A stretch of DNA of 64,000 nt from an uncultured Alphaproteobacteria bacterium (GCA_902614375.1 CACMKZ010000004.1:380-64379); one strand, 5' to 3'; shown: positions 32,826 through 42,633, counted from the first letter of the stretch. Made by a program: numbers and translations. The notes: generated by a model from the sequence alone, not told the origin.

Positions 32826-34121
32826 GTGAGAGAAAAAATAGCAATTATTGGTTCTGGTATTTCAGGAATAAGTGCAGCTTACCTTTTGTCTTCTAAATAT
32901 GATGTTTATTTATTTGAAAAAAATAATAGATTGGGCGGACATACAAGAACTATCTATGTTGAGGAATCAACAAAGACAATCCCAGTCGATACAGGGTTTA
33001 TTGTATTCAATGAAAATAATTATCCAGATTTAACAAATTTTTTTAAATTACTTGATGTGAAATGCAAAAATTCAGATATGTCTTTTGCTGTCTCAAATCA
33101 AGATCCTCTAATTGAATATAGTGGCAAAAATATATTTTCTCTTTTTGCTAATTTTAGAAATGTGTTTTCATTTAATTTTTTTAAAATGTTATTTGAAATA
33201 AGAAAACTTTATTTATTATGTAATAGCTTGAATGTTAGTGATTTAGAGCAAACTAAAACCTTAAATGATTTTTTAAAAACTAATAATTTTTCAACATACC
33301 TAATAAATTATCATATTTTACCTATGATATCATCTATATGGTCAAGCAATATAAGTGATGTAAAAAATTTTCCTCTCCTAACATTCATTAATTTTTTTAA
33401 AAATCATGCTTTATTTAACTTAAAAAAAAGACCTCAATGGAGATACGTAGAAGGGGGAAGTAACGAATATATAAAAAAAATTATTAATAAAAATGTTTTT
33501 GAGTATGAAACAAATTTCAAAATTAAAAAAATTATTAGAGAAAATAGTAAAATTAAAATAGAAGATGAGAAAAATAATATATTAGAATTTCATAAGGTAA
33601 TATTCGCAACCCATGCAAATCAAGTATTGGATATTTTGGAAAAACCAACAGAAGAAGAAGTAAAAATATTTTCACAATTTAAATATTCAACTAACTCAGC
33701 AATACTTCACTCCGACCACTCTTTAATGCCTAAATCAAAAATTGCTTGGTCAAGTTGGAATTTTTTAAATAAGCCATCATCTTCTAAATTTACTTTAACT
33801 TATTGGATGAATTTCTTGCAAAAATTACCAACTAAACAAAATTATTTTGTAACTGTTAATCCATATAAAAAGCCTAAAAATATAATTAATGAAACAACAT
33901 TTAATCATCCAATATATACTACTGATACTATTTTAGCTCAAAAAAATGTTATGGAAATTCAAGGAAAGAATAATACATTTTTCTGTGGAGCTTACCTTGG
34001 ATATGGTTTTCATGAAGACGGCATTCAATCATCTTCTTATATTTGTAAATTATTAAATTGTGATTTACCTTGGAAGAGAGAGAAAAATTTTTATAATAGA
34101 TTGCAAATTAATTTTAAATGA
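32826..34121 (+). CDS. FAD-dependent oxidoreductase (amine-oxidase-like)
   Basis: IAIIGSGISGISAAYLL...GGHT is the dinucleotide fold. The start is GTG and overlaps the phrB stop. Confidence 0.8.
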   Translation: MREKIAIIGSGISGISAAYLLSSKYDVYLFEKNNRLGGHTRTIYVEESTKTIPVDTGFIVFNENNYPDLTNFFKLLDVKCKNSDMSFAVSNQDPLIEYSGKNIFSLFANFRNVFSFNFFKMLFEIRKLYLLCNSLNVSDLEQTKTLNDFLKTNNFSTYLINYHILPMISSIWSSNISDVKNFPLLTFINFFKNHALFNLKKRPQWRYVEGGSNEYIKKIINKNVFEYETNFKIKKIIRENSKIKIEDEKNNILEFHKVIFATHANQVLDILEKPTEEEVKIFSQFKYSTNSAILHSDHSLMPKSKIAWSSWNFLNKPSSSKFTLTYWMNFLQKLPTKQNYFVTVNPYKKPKNIINETTFNHPIYTTDTILAQKNVMEIQGKNNTFFCGAYLGYGFHEDGIQSSSYICKLLNCDLPWKREKNFYNRLQINFK

Positions 34122-34891
34122 TTTCTCAAATACTACTATCTAGCATTATTCATAAAAGATTTATTCCATTTAAACACACATTGAAATATGAGGTACCAAG
34201 TCTTTTTATTAATTTGGATAATCTTGATCAATTAAGTAAAAATTATAAACTTTTTTCATTAAATTCTTTTAATCTTTTTTCTATTTATGAAAAAGATCAT
34301 GGATATAGAGACAAAAGGTCAATAAAGAAATTCGTTAAAGATTCCCTCTCTAAATTTAATATTAAATATAAACATCTTAATATAATGATACTATGTTTTC
34401 CAAGAATTTTGGGATATGTATTTGATCCCTTATCAATTATATATTGTTATGATGATAAAAAATTAATATCTATTTTCTATGAAGTCAAAAATACGACTAA
34501 TGAACAACATACCTATATTTTTAAAGGAAATGTAAATTTTGAAGATTTTAAATTATCTCATGAATGTGCAAAGCAGTTTTATGTATCTCCATTCATAGAA
34601 ATGGAGGCAAATTATAAATTTTTTAACCGAATGCAAAAAGATAAAATAAATATTAACATTGATCTTTATGATAAAAATAATAAAAAAATTCTAACAGCTA
34701 CTCAGCATGGCAAATTTATAGATTTTAACTCAAAAAATATGTTTAAATTTTTATATCATAATCCACTTTTAGGTTTCAAGGTAATGGCTGGAATTCTTTA
34801 TGAGGCTTTAAAAATAATTTATAAAGGTGGTAAATATTATGTACGAAAAAAGAAGGCAAATGATACAGTAAGTTTTGAAGGTAATTTTTAA
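34118..34891 (+). CDS. DUF1365 family protein
   Basis: The N-terminus (IIHKRFIPFKHTLKYEVPSLFINLDNLD) matches the DUF1365 signature. The gene sits in its usual position between the FAD oxidoreductase and the Cfa-like methyltransferase. Confidence 0.7.
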   Translation: MISQILLSSIIHKRFIPFKHTLKYEVPSLFINLDNLDQLSKNYKLFSLNSFNLFSIYEKDHGYRDKRSIKKFVKDSLSKFNIKYKHLNIMILCFPRILGYVFDPLSIIYCYDDKKLISIFYEVKNTTNEQHTYIFKGNVNFEDFKLSHECAKQFYVSPFIEMEANYKFFNRMQKDKININIDLYDKNNKKILTATQHGKFIDFNSKNMFKFLYHNPLLGFKVMAGILYEALKIIYKGGKYYVRKKKANDTVSFEGNF

Positions 34892-36085
34892 ATGAATTTT
34901 TTTAAAACAAATTTTGATAAAACTGTCGAAAAATTATTAGTAAACTTTTTATCTAAAATTCGATATGGAAAATTAACAGTTAAATTTCCAACTGGCGAGG
35001 AGAGAGTTTTTGTTGGAAAAGAAGAGGATATATCTGCAAATATAAAAATTCATAATTATAATTTTTTAAATTTAATTTTTAAAAAAGGTTCTGTAGGTTT
35101 TGCAGAAGCCTATATGAATGGTTACTTTTCAAGCACCGATTTAACTAATTTATTACTACTTTCTCACAAAAATGAGAGTTATTTTTTAAAAAGTATAAAT
35201 ACTAATCTTTTTTTTGCTACTTTTGCCAAATTAAAGCATTTTTTAAATAACAATTCAAAATCACAGAGTAAAAAAAATATTAAATATCATTATGATTTAG
35301 GAAATAATTTTTACGAAAAGTGGTTAGATAAAACCATGACCTATTCTTCTGCTCTTTTTGATAATAAGAATACCAATTTATCGGATGCACAATATAACAA
35401 ATATAGAAAAATTGCTGAAACTTTATCATTAGACTCAAATTCTAAAACTTTAGAAATTGGATGTGGATGGGGAGGTTTTTCATCATTTGTAGCAAAAAAT
35501 TACAATTGTTCAGTTGATGCTATAACTATTTCTAAGGAACAATACGATTATGCTTCTGAAAAAATTCAAAATGAAGGTTTGTCTGAAAAAGTATCAGTTA
35601 TATTCAGAGATTATAGGGATATCAAAAAAAAATATTCAAATATTGTTTCAATTGAAATGTTTGAAGCAGTTGGGAAGAAATACTGGCATAATTACTTTGA
35701 TACAATTCGTAATTCTCTCAACGATGGCGGTATGGCTGCACTACAAGTCATAACGATTGATGAAAAAAAGGCTAAAGATTACCAAAACAGACCAGATTTT
35801 ATTCAACAATATATTTTTCCAGGTGGAATGCTTCCAACTAAAAAACAATTTGAATATTCGGCAAAACACGTTGGATTAAAATGTATTGAAAATCTAAGTT
35901 TTGGTGGTTCTTATGCAAAAACACTTAAAATGTGGAATAAACAATTTCAAAAATCTTGGAATGATTTATCTCAGTTTGGTTTTGATATTAAATTTAAAAG
36001 AATGTGGGAATTTTATCTATCTTATTGTGAAACAGGTTTTGCAAATAGTTCAACCGATGTTTCTCATTTCTTAATTCAAAAATAG
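34892..36085 (+). CDS. Cyclopropane-fatty-acyl-phospholipid synthase family SAM methyltransferase
   Basis: HYDLGNNFYEKWLDKTMTYSSALF, LEIGCGWGGF (SAM motif I) and FPGGMLP are present. Confidence 0.88.
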   Translation: MNFFKTNFDKTVEKLLVNFLSKIRYGKLTVKFPTGEERVFVGKEEDISANIKIHNYNFLNLIFKKGSVGFAEAYMNGYFSSTDLTNLLLLSHKNESYFLKSINTNLFFATFAKLKHFLNNNSKSQSKKNIKYHYDLGNNFYEKWLDKTMTYSSALFDNKNTNLSDAQYNKYRKIAETLSLDSNSKTLEIGCGWGGFSSFVAKNYNCSVDAITISKEQYDYASEKIQNEGLSEKVSVIFRDYRDIKKKYSNIVSIEMFEAVGKKYWHNYFDTIRNSLNDGGMAALQVITIDEKKAKDYQNRPDFIQQYIFPGGMLPTKKQFEYSAKHVGLKCIENLSFGGSYAKTLKMWNKQFQKSWNDLSQFGFDIKFKRMWEFYLSYCETGFANSSTDVSHFLIQK

Positions 36086-36087
36086 AA

Positions 36088-36600
36088 ATGCAAAAACTAA
36101 AAGTATTTTTAGTCTTAACTGGCTATCAACTAACTTGGTTAGCCTGTGTATTTGGTGAAACAAAATTTTCTAATTCTATGTTGGGCATTTGGGTTGGAAT
36201 TATTTTCTTACTAACTTATTTTTATTTTAATCATAATAAACAAAAATTTATTAAGATTTCAATTTTGATCTCAGTTCCAGGATATTTTTTTGATACTTTA
36301 TTAGTTTATTTCCAAATTTACGATTTTGAAACTATTGCTAAACTTGGTACTCTGCCATTATGGATGATTGTTTTATGGTTTAGTTTTAGTACTCTTTTTG
36401 ATGAAATTCTTACTTTTTTTAAAAGTTATAAAATCTTAGGAATTATTTTAAGTGGAGTTTTAGGACCTTTAACCTATTATCTTGGTGAGCCTATCGGAGT
36501 TATAAAAATATATAACTTTCAGATTTTTATTATTTCAATGGTATTATTTTGGATGATCTTGATGTTCTATTATCTAAATTACGTTATAAAAAATGATTAA
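36088..36600 (+). CDS. Small polytopic membrane protein (DUF2878-like)
   Basis: It has five predicted TM helices and lies in the position that DUF2878 proteins occupy downstream of cfa-like genes. The family call is inference from context. Confidence 0.45.
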   Translation: MQKLKVFLVLTGYQLTWLACVFGETKFSNSMLGIWVGIIFLLTYFYFNHNKQKFIKISILISVPGYFFDTLLVYFQIYDFETIAKLGTLPLWMIVLWFSFSTLFDEILTFFKSYKILGIILSGVLGPLTYYLGEPIGVIKIYNFQIFIISMVLFWMILMFYYLNYVIKND

Positions 36601-37163
36601 TTTTCTTGATCTACTTTTTTTGTTCTAGTTCTATTTAAAGTTCTTTCGAGATCCTTATAAGTACATAAACCAACATCCATTGGACTCTTTGTCTCAAGAA
36701 CTGCTTCTCTGTATGTACCATTTCTTATAGCCTCTACTGTATTTTTTGTTGAGCCGGTAAGTTTTGCAATTTGAGAACTACTTAATTCAGTTGGATATCT
36801 TTTTATAAGCCACAAAATAGCATATGGCTTTTCTTGTCTTAAAGAAAGAGGTGTATATTTAGAATCTTTTTTTCTTGGTGGTAAATCTTCAATTACATCT
36901 GACTTAATAAGACTTAAACGAGCTGCATTATCTTTTTCACATCTTTCAATTTCTTCTTTTGTTAATTGATTATTATCAATTGGATCATAACCTCTCATAC
37001 CGACAGCAACTTCTCCATCAGCTATTCCTTGAACCTCTAATTCATGTAATCCACAGAATTCAGCTATTTGATCAAACGTTAAAGCTGTATTTTCAACTAA
37101 CCATATCGCTGTTGCTTTAGGCATTAATGGATATTTCATAATTGGCTCATATAATATAATCAA
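36597..37163 (-). CDS. DUF1013 family protein (alphaproteobacterial TrcR-like)
   Basis: PLMPKATAIWLVENTALTFDQIAEFCGLHELEVQGIADGEVA is the conserved DUF1013 N-terminus. The true start is probably an internal Met at 37139 or 37124. Confidence 0.8.
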   Translation of the reverse strand: MIILYEPIMKYPLMPKATAIWLVENTALTFDQIAEFCGLHELEVQGIADGEVAVGMRGYDPIDNNQLTKEEIERCEKDNAARLSLIKSDVIEDLPPRKKDSKYTPLSLRQEKPYAILWLIKRYPTELSSSQIAKLTGSTKNTVEAIRNGTYREAVLETKSPMDVGLCTYKDLERTLNRTRTKKVDQEN

Positions 37164-37183
37164 AAAATAATATATAACAAAAT

Positions 37184-37372
37184 ATGACTATGACAGATTT
37201 TTTTGAAGTTGATGAAAAACAAAAGACGGTTAAAATATTAAATTTGGATGATTTCAGTGTTGAGGATTTACAAAATTATATTTCTGAACTTCAAACTGAA
37301 ATACTAAGAGTTCAAGATGAGATAAAAAAGAAGCAAAATTTAAAACTTAATGCTGAAAAGTTTTTTAAATAA
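37184..37372 (+). CDS. DUF1192 family small coiled-coil protein
   Basis: The LDDFSVEDLQNYISELQTEILRVQDEIKKK...AEKFFK pattern is typical of DUF1192. Confidence 0.65.
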   Translation: MTMTDFFEVDEKQKTVKILNLDDFSVEDLQNYISELQTEILRVQDEIKKKQNLKLNAEKFFK

Positions 37373-37600
37373 CTATTTATTAATTTTGAGACCTTTAAAT
37401 CTTTTTTGGAATCTAGCTACCTGTCCTTCAGTTTCATTCAGACCAGCTTTACCACCGGTCCACGCAGGGTGAGATTTAGAATCAATTTCTAATTTAAGAG
37501 TATCACCTTCTTTACCCCAAGTAGATCTAGTTTTAAAAGTAGATCCATCAGTCATAACAACGTTTATTTCATGATATTTAGGATGTATATCTTTTTTCAT
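37373..37600 (-). CDS. rpmE: 50S ribosomal protein L31 (Cys-less alphaproteobacterial type)
   Basis: [50 protein letters not shown] is present. Confidence 0.95.
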   Translation of the reverse strand: MKKDIHPKYHEINVVMTDGSTFKTRSTWGKEGDTLKLEIDSKSHPAWTGGKAGLNETEGQVARFQKRFKGLKINK

Positions 37601-37624
37601 GTCTGTCTTATATTTATATAGACT

Positions 37625-38401
37625 TCAAAGTAAAGTAAGTTTTTTAACTAATTCATTATGAATTTTATTATTTGAAGCAACTAAATCACGCGAATTTATC
37701 TCCCATGCATTTCCATCTATTTTAGAAATTGTACCTCCAGCTTCTTTAACTAAAAGAGTGCCCGTTGAAACATCCCATAAATTTAGATCTTTTTCCCAAA
37801 AACCATCCAATTTACCAGAGGCAACATAAGCAAGATCAAGGCCTGCAGAACCGAGCCTTCTTATTCCTGCAGATGATTTTAGGATTTCATCAATCTCACT
37901 TAAATAGTTTTTATAAATTCTTTCTCCAAATGGAAGACCAGTGCCTATCAAGCAGTCTGAAAAAATTTGCCTGTTTGATACTCTAAGTCTACTATTATTA
38001 CACCACGCACCTTTACCCTTAGAACTCCAAAAAAATTCGTTTAAAATTGGATTATAAATCACACCGTCTGTTATTTCACCATTTGTCATTTTAGAAACGA
38101 TTATTCCAACATGAGGTATCCCATGTATAAAATTTGAGGTTCCATCAATTGGATCAATAATAATTGTGTTTTCATCACCTTTTATTTCACCAGTTTCTTC
38201 AGTTATGTAAGTATAATCTGGATAATAATATTTTAGAGTTTCTAAAAGTGTTTTTTCTACTTTAATATCTGCATTTGTTACAAAATCTCCAACTGATTTA
38301 GATTGTATTTGTAAATTTTCTAATTCTCCAAAATCTCTTAATAATATTTTACCAGCTTTTTTTACTGACTTTTCAAAGATATTAATTACAGCAGGCTGCA
38401 T
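37625..38401 (-). CDS. suhB: Inositol monophosphatase family protein
   Basis: ITEETG, IIDPIDGTSNFIHG and WDVSTG motifs are present. Confidence 0.9.
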   Translation of the reverse strand: MQPAVINIFEKSVKKAGKILLRDFGELENLQIQSKSVGDFVTNADIKVEKTLLETLKYYYPDYTYITEETGEIKGDENTIIIDPIDGTSNFIHGIPHVGIIVSKMTNGEITDGVIYNPILNEFFWSSKGKGAWCNNSRLRVSNRQIFSDCLIGTGLPFGERIYKNYLSEIDEILKSSAGIRRLGSAGLDLAYVASGKLDGFWEKDLNLWDVSTGTLLVKEAGGTISKIDGNAWEINSRDLVASNNKIHNELVKKLTLL

Positions 38402-38970
38402 TAATTTTTTGATTTTTCGATATAACTACCGTCAATTGTACTTATTACTATTCTATCATTTACTGCAATAAATTGAGGTACAGATGTTTTAATATTCTTT
38501 TCTAAAGTAGCTGGTTTATATGATGAAGCAGCTGTTTGACCTTTAACAACACCTTCAGTTTCTACAACAGTTAATTCTACAGTATCAGGCAAGTCAATTC
38601 CAACTGGTTTTTCATTATAAAAATTAATAATTACATCACTATTCTCAACTAAAAATTTTGATTGATCCTCAGTTAATATGTCTGAGCCAAGTTCTATTTG
38701 TTCATAAGTTTGTTTATCCATGAATATAAAATTATTATTATCATCATAAAGATATTGAAATTCTTTTTCATCAAGGATAGCTCTTTCTACTGTTTCTGAT
38801 GATCTAAACCTACTATTCATTTTAGTGCCTTCTCTTATTTCTTTAAGTTCAGCCTGTAAGTAGGCACCACCCTTTCCTGGTTGAGTATGCTGGGTTTTCA
38901 AAACTTTCCAAAGTTTGTTATTAATCTCTAAAATATTTCCAACTTTAATTTCATTTCCATCTATTTTCAT
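38401..38970 (-). CDS. efp: Elongation factor P
   Basis: KVGNILEINNKLWKVLKTQHTQPGKGGAYLQAELKEIREGTK is present. Confidence 0.95.
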   Translation of the reverse strand: MKIDGNEIKVGNILEINNKLWKVLKTQHTQPGKGGAYLQAELKEIREGTKMNSRFRSSETVERAILDEKEFQYLYDDNNNFIFMDKQTYEQIELGSDILTEDQSKFLVENSDVIINFYNEKPVGIDLPDTVELTVVETEGVVKGQTAASSYKPATLEKNIKTSVPQFIAVNDRIVISTIDGSYIEKSKN

Positions 38971-39365
38971 TGTTTTATCTTAAGTTTTTTTTGTATATTT
39001 TTAATTTTCGTAAGATCTACTACATCAAAAGTTGGATTTAATAAAACTTTATTTTTTTTAGCAATTTGATTAATTTTATTTAAGATGATTTTATTATTTT
39101 TTAATTTTAAATAATCAATATTTTCGTGAGTTAATAATATACTGAGACCTTGATCATACCCTGAGTCAATAAAAAACTTAATATTGTGTGTCTTATATTT
39201 ATTTTGAATATGGTTTATTAACGTTCTAAGCCACTCTATCCCAAAACCTTTAATTAAAAAATATTTTATAAATATGATCGAAGTTTTGAACTTTGATTTT
39301 CGAAATTCTATTAAATTTTCAATTTGTGTTAGTGTCGATACTGCAAAACAAATTTTTTTAGCCAC
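38967..39365 (-). CDS. Hypothetical protein (132 codons, GTG start, no recognisable family)
   Basis: An uninterrupted 132-codon frame is unlikely by chance in such AT-rich DNA. The start overlaps the gap stop (TAGTG) and the stop overlaps the efp start (ATGA). Confidence 0.5.
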   Translation of the reverse strand: MAKKICFAVSTLTQIENLIEFRKSKFKTSIIFIKYFLIKGFGIEWLRTLINHIQNKYKTHNIKFFIDSGYDQGLSILLTHENIDYLKLKNNKIILNKINQIAKKNKVLLNPTFDVVDLTKIKNIQKKLKIKQ

Positions 39366-40369
39366 TAAATAAATTTTTTAAGATCAACCATAGTGTCTAC
39401 CATTCTATTTGAGAATCCCCATTCATTATCATACCAAGATAAAACTCTACAGAATTTATCTTTGACAACTTGTGTTTGACTCATATCAAATACAGAACTG
39501 CTTGAATTATGATTAAAATCAATTGAAACTAGAGGTAATGAGTTTGTTGTTAGAATTCCATTTAATTTTTTAGTTTTTGAAGCTTGAAGAACTATAGAAT
39601 TAATTTTTTCTGAGCTAGTTTTTTTCTTACTTACAAATGTAAGATCTATAAGTGAGACATTAGGAGTAGGTACTCGAATAGCTGTTCCATCAAGTTTACC
39701 TTTTAATTTCGGTAAGACTAGACTCAAAGCCTTTGCCGCTCCTGTAGAAGTCGGAATCATTGACTCAGCTGCCGCCCTTGCTCTTCTAAAGTCAGAATGG
39801 GTTTGATCAACAGTTCTTTGATCACCCGTGTAACTATGAATTGTTGTCATGAAACCACTTTCAATTCCTAATTTTTCATCAAGAACCATAGCTAAAGGAG
39901 CAAGGCAGTTAGTAGTACAAGATCCATTTGAAATTACGTTATGATTTTTTTTAATGGTATCGTTATTTACACCTTGAACAATTGTGGCATCTACATTTGA
40001 AGCTGGTGCTGAAATAATAACTTTTTTTGCTCCTGCATTTAAATGAGAAATAGCCTTTTCTTTTGAAGTAAAAACACCACTACATTCAAGAACAACATCT
40101 ACCTTGAGTGATTTCCAGGGAAGGTTAATTGGATCTCTTTCTGAATAAAAATTAATTTTATGTTTACCAATTTTTAATCCATTTTTGATTGAACTAATCT
40201 CATCTTTAAGAATACCGTGAACACTGTCATATTTAAGTAAGTGAGCACTGCTCTCAACACTTCCTAGTTCATTAATAGCTACAATATTAATATCTTTAGG
40301 ATTTTTTTCTAATAAAGCTCTAAAAACAAGTTTTCCAATTCTTCCAAATCCATTTATTGCAACTTTCAT
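39365..40369 (-). CDS. gap: Glyceraldehyde-3-phosphate dehydrogenase
   Basis: MKVAINGFGRIGKLVFRA, SNGSCTTNCLAP and WYDNEWGFSNR are present. Confidence 0.97.
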   Translation of the reverse strand: MKVAINGFGRIGKLVFRALLEKNPKDINIVAINELGSVESSAHLLKYDSVHGILKDEISSIKNGLKIGKHKINFYSERDPINLPWKSLKVDVVLECSGVFTSKEKAISHLNAGAKKVIISAPASNVDATIVQGVNNDTIKKNHNVISNGSCTTNCLAPLAMVLDEKLGIESGFMTTIHSYTGDQRTVDQTHSDFRRARAAAESMIPTSTGAAKALSLVLPKLKGKLDGTAIRVPTPNVSLIDLTFVSKKKTSSEKINSIVLQASKTKKLNGILTTNSLPLVSIDFNHNSSSSVFDMSQTQVVKDKFCRVLSWYDNEWGFSNRMVDTMVDLKKFI

Positions 40370-40380
40370 ATTTCTCCTTT

Positions 40381-42357
40381 TTATAAACTTTTAGTTATTT
40401 TTTCAATTAAGTAATCATCTGTTATCTTAAAGTGCTTATATAAATCTTTGTATGGACCACTTTCACCAAAAGTTGACATGCCAACAAAATTTTCATTTTT
40501 AATATATTTTTCCCAACCATTTATTACTCCAGCCTCAATAGCAAAAATAGGTTTATTTCCTAAAATTTCATTTTTATAACCATCATCATTTTTCTCAAAC
40601 AATTCAAATGAAGACATGCTTACAACTCTTATCTTTAAATTATTATTTTCAAAAAGTTTATTTGATGCAGAGCAAGCAATCTCAACTTCAGAACCAGACG
40701 ATAAAATTGTTGCATCATATTCTTTAAAATCTCTTATTTTATAAGCACCTTTATTTACAAGATTTTCTTTGCGATTATCTTTTTGTAACATAGGTAGATT
40801 TTGTCTTGTTAAAACTAAGATTGTTGGTCCAGTATTGTTGATTGCACATTCCCATGCTTCTATAGTTTCAATAATATCACAAGGCCTAATGACTGTTAAA
40901 TTTGGTATAGATCTTAAAGATGCAAGATGTTCAACAGGTTGATGGGTTGGTCCATCTTCTCCTAATCCTATTGAGTCATGCGTCATTACATAAATAACTG
41001 GTATATTCATAATAGCTGATAACCTAATTGAAGGTCTGCAATAATCGGTAAATACCAAAAACGTTCCTCCATATGGAATTAAACCTTTATGTAAAGCAAT
41101 GCCATTCATTACTCCAGCCATTCCATGTTCTCTGATGCCGTAATGAATATAATTTCCATTAAAATTATTAGATGTAATTACATTCATATCTTTTGCCTTA
41201 GTGTTATTTGATCCAGTAAGATCAGCAGAACCACCAATAAGATTTTTTTGATAGTTTGAAATTAAATTTAGCGTTATCTCACTCGATTTTCTTGAAGCAC
41301 AATTTGTTTTGTCATTAAAATGCTCAGATTTTAATTCACTAAGTTTTTCTGGAATTTGATGATCAATTTTTTGATAAAAACTATCTTTAAAATTTTTACT
41401 TTCAATTAATTCTTTGTTTTTTGATAACCATGAATTTCTTGATTCTTCATTTCTTTTATAGAAACTTCTCCACTCACGTAATAAATCATCTGGAATTTCA
41501 AACGGCGAATAATTCCATTCTAATTTTTTTCTTGTTAAACTAATTTCATCTTCACCAAGAGGTGAACCATGTGATGAAGCTGAACCCTCTTTGTTTGGAG
41601 AGCCAAAACCAATTTTAGTTTTACAAGATATAATTGTTGGCGCATCATTTTTTTTTGCTTGAATTATAGCTTGATCAATTTCCTCATATTTATGACCATC
41701 TATTTCAATTATATTCCAATTATAAGCTTCAAATCTTTTTTTCACATTGTCTGAAACTGAAAGATCTGTTGATCCATCTATAGAAATAGAATTATTATCA
41801 AAAAACATAATAAGCTTATTTAATTTTAAATGTCCTGCGAGACTACACGCTTCATGACTTAAACCTTCCATTAAGCATCCATCTCCAGCAAAAACATAAG
41901 TGTAATGATCGAATAATTCGTCTCCATAATTATTTGATAATTTTTTTTCCGCTAGCGCCATTCCAACTGCGTTTGCTAAACCTTGAGACAAAGGCCCAGT
42001 AGTTGTTTCTATTCCTTCTGCACTTCTGTATTCTGGGTGACCTGCAGTTTTATTATGTAATTGTCTAAAATTTTTAATTTGATTTATGTCAATGTCTTTA
42101 TACCCTGTTAGATACAAACAAGAGTATAAAAGCATTGAGCCATGACCATTTGAAATAATTAATCTATCTCTATCAATCCACTCTGGATCATTCGGATTAA
42201 ACTTTAAATGATTTTTATAAAGAATTGTTGCGATGTCTGCCATACCCATAGGCATACCAGGATGACCAGATTTTGCCTTTTCCACTGCATCCATTGATAA
42301 AAATCTAATACAATTTGATAATTGTCTTAGATTGTTGATATTATTTAAATTATTCAA
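40381..42357 (-). CDS. tkt: Transketolase
   Basis: SGHPGMPMGMADI, GDGCLMEGLSHEA and GEDGPTHQPVEHLA are present. Confidence 0.97.
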   Translation of the reverse strand: MNNLNNINNLRQLSNCIRFLSMDAVEKAKSGHPGMPMGMADIATILYKNHLKFNPNDPEWIDRDRLIISNGHGSMLLYSCLYLTGYKDIDINQIKNFRQLHNKTAGHPEYRSAEGIETTTGPLSQGLANAVGMALAEKKLSNNYGDELFDHYTYVFAGDGCLMEGLSHEACSLAGHLKLNKLIMFFDNNSISIDGSTDLSVSDNVKKRFEAYNWNIIEIDGHKYEEIDQAIIQAKKNDAPTIISCKTKIGFGSPNKEGSASSHGSPLGEDEISLTRKKLEWNYSPFEIPDDLLREWRSFYKRNEESRNSWLSKNKELIESKNFKDSFYQKIDHQIPEKLSELKSEHFNDKTNCASRKSSEITLNLISNYQKNLIGGSADLTGSNNTKAKDMNVITSNNFNGNYIHYGIREHGMAGVMNGIALHKGLIPYGGTFLVFTDYCRPSIRLSAIMNIPVIYVMTHDSIGLGEDGPTHQPVEHLASLRSIPNLTVIRPCDIIETIEAWECAINNTGPTILVLTRQNLPMLQKDNRKENLVNKGAYKIRDFKEYDATILSSGSEVEIACSASNKLFENNNLKIRVVSMSSFELFEKNDDGYKNEILGNKPIFAIEAGVINGWEKYIKNENFVGMSTFGESGPYKDLYKHFKITDDYLIEKITKSL

Positions 42358-42377
42358 ATACTTACCTTTATGGTTGA

Positions 42378-42440
42378 TATAAAATTATTTAATATGGGTT
42401 CATTACAGTGACAATTATAAAATTACAAACTATAAAATTA
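42378..42440 (+). repeat. Three exact copies of TATAAAATTA in the tkt / zauP-zapA divergent control region
   Basis: The copies lie at 42378-42387, 42416-42425 and 42431-42440, the last ending 2 nt before the ATG at 42443. Confidence 0.5.
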
Positions 42441-42442
42441 TA

Positions 42443-42631
42443 ATGGAAATACAAAAAAAAATTACAGTTCTAAGCGAAAACTTAAATAATCTAAGATTAG
42501 CTTTAGAAGATTTTAGGGATCATCATATTTCTAAAAAAGAAAAAATTAAAAATCTTGAAGATGAAATTAAAAATTTACGAAAACAAATGTCCGAGTATAT
42601 TGATGAATTGGAACTTCTAATTAAGAAATAA
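42443..42631 (+). CDS. Small coiled-coil protein, DUF4164/ZauP-like (ZapA upstream protein)
   Basis: This 62-aa all-coiled-coil ORF lies directly upstream of the zapA-like gene, as in Caulobacter. Confidence 0.55.
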   Translation: MEIQKKITVLSENLNNLRLALEDFRDHHISKKEKIKNLEDEIKNLRKQMSEYIDELELLIKK

Positions 42632-42633
42632 CT

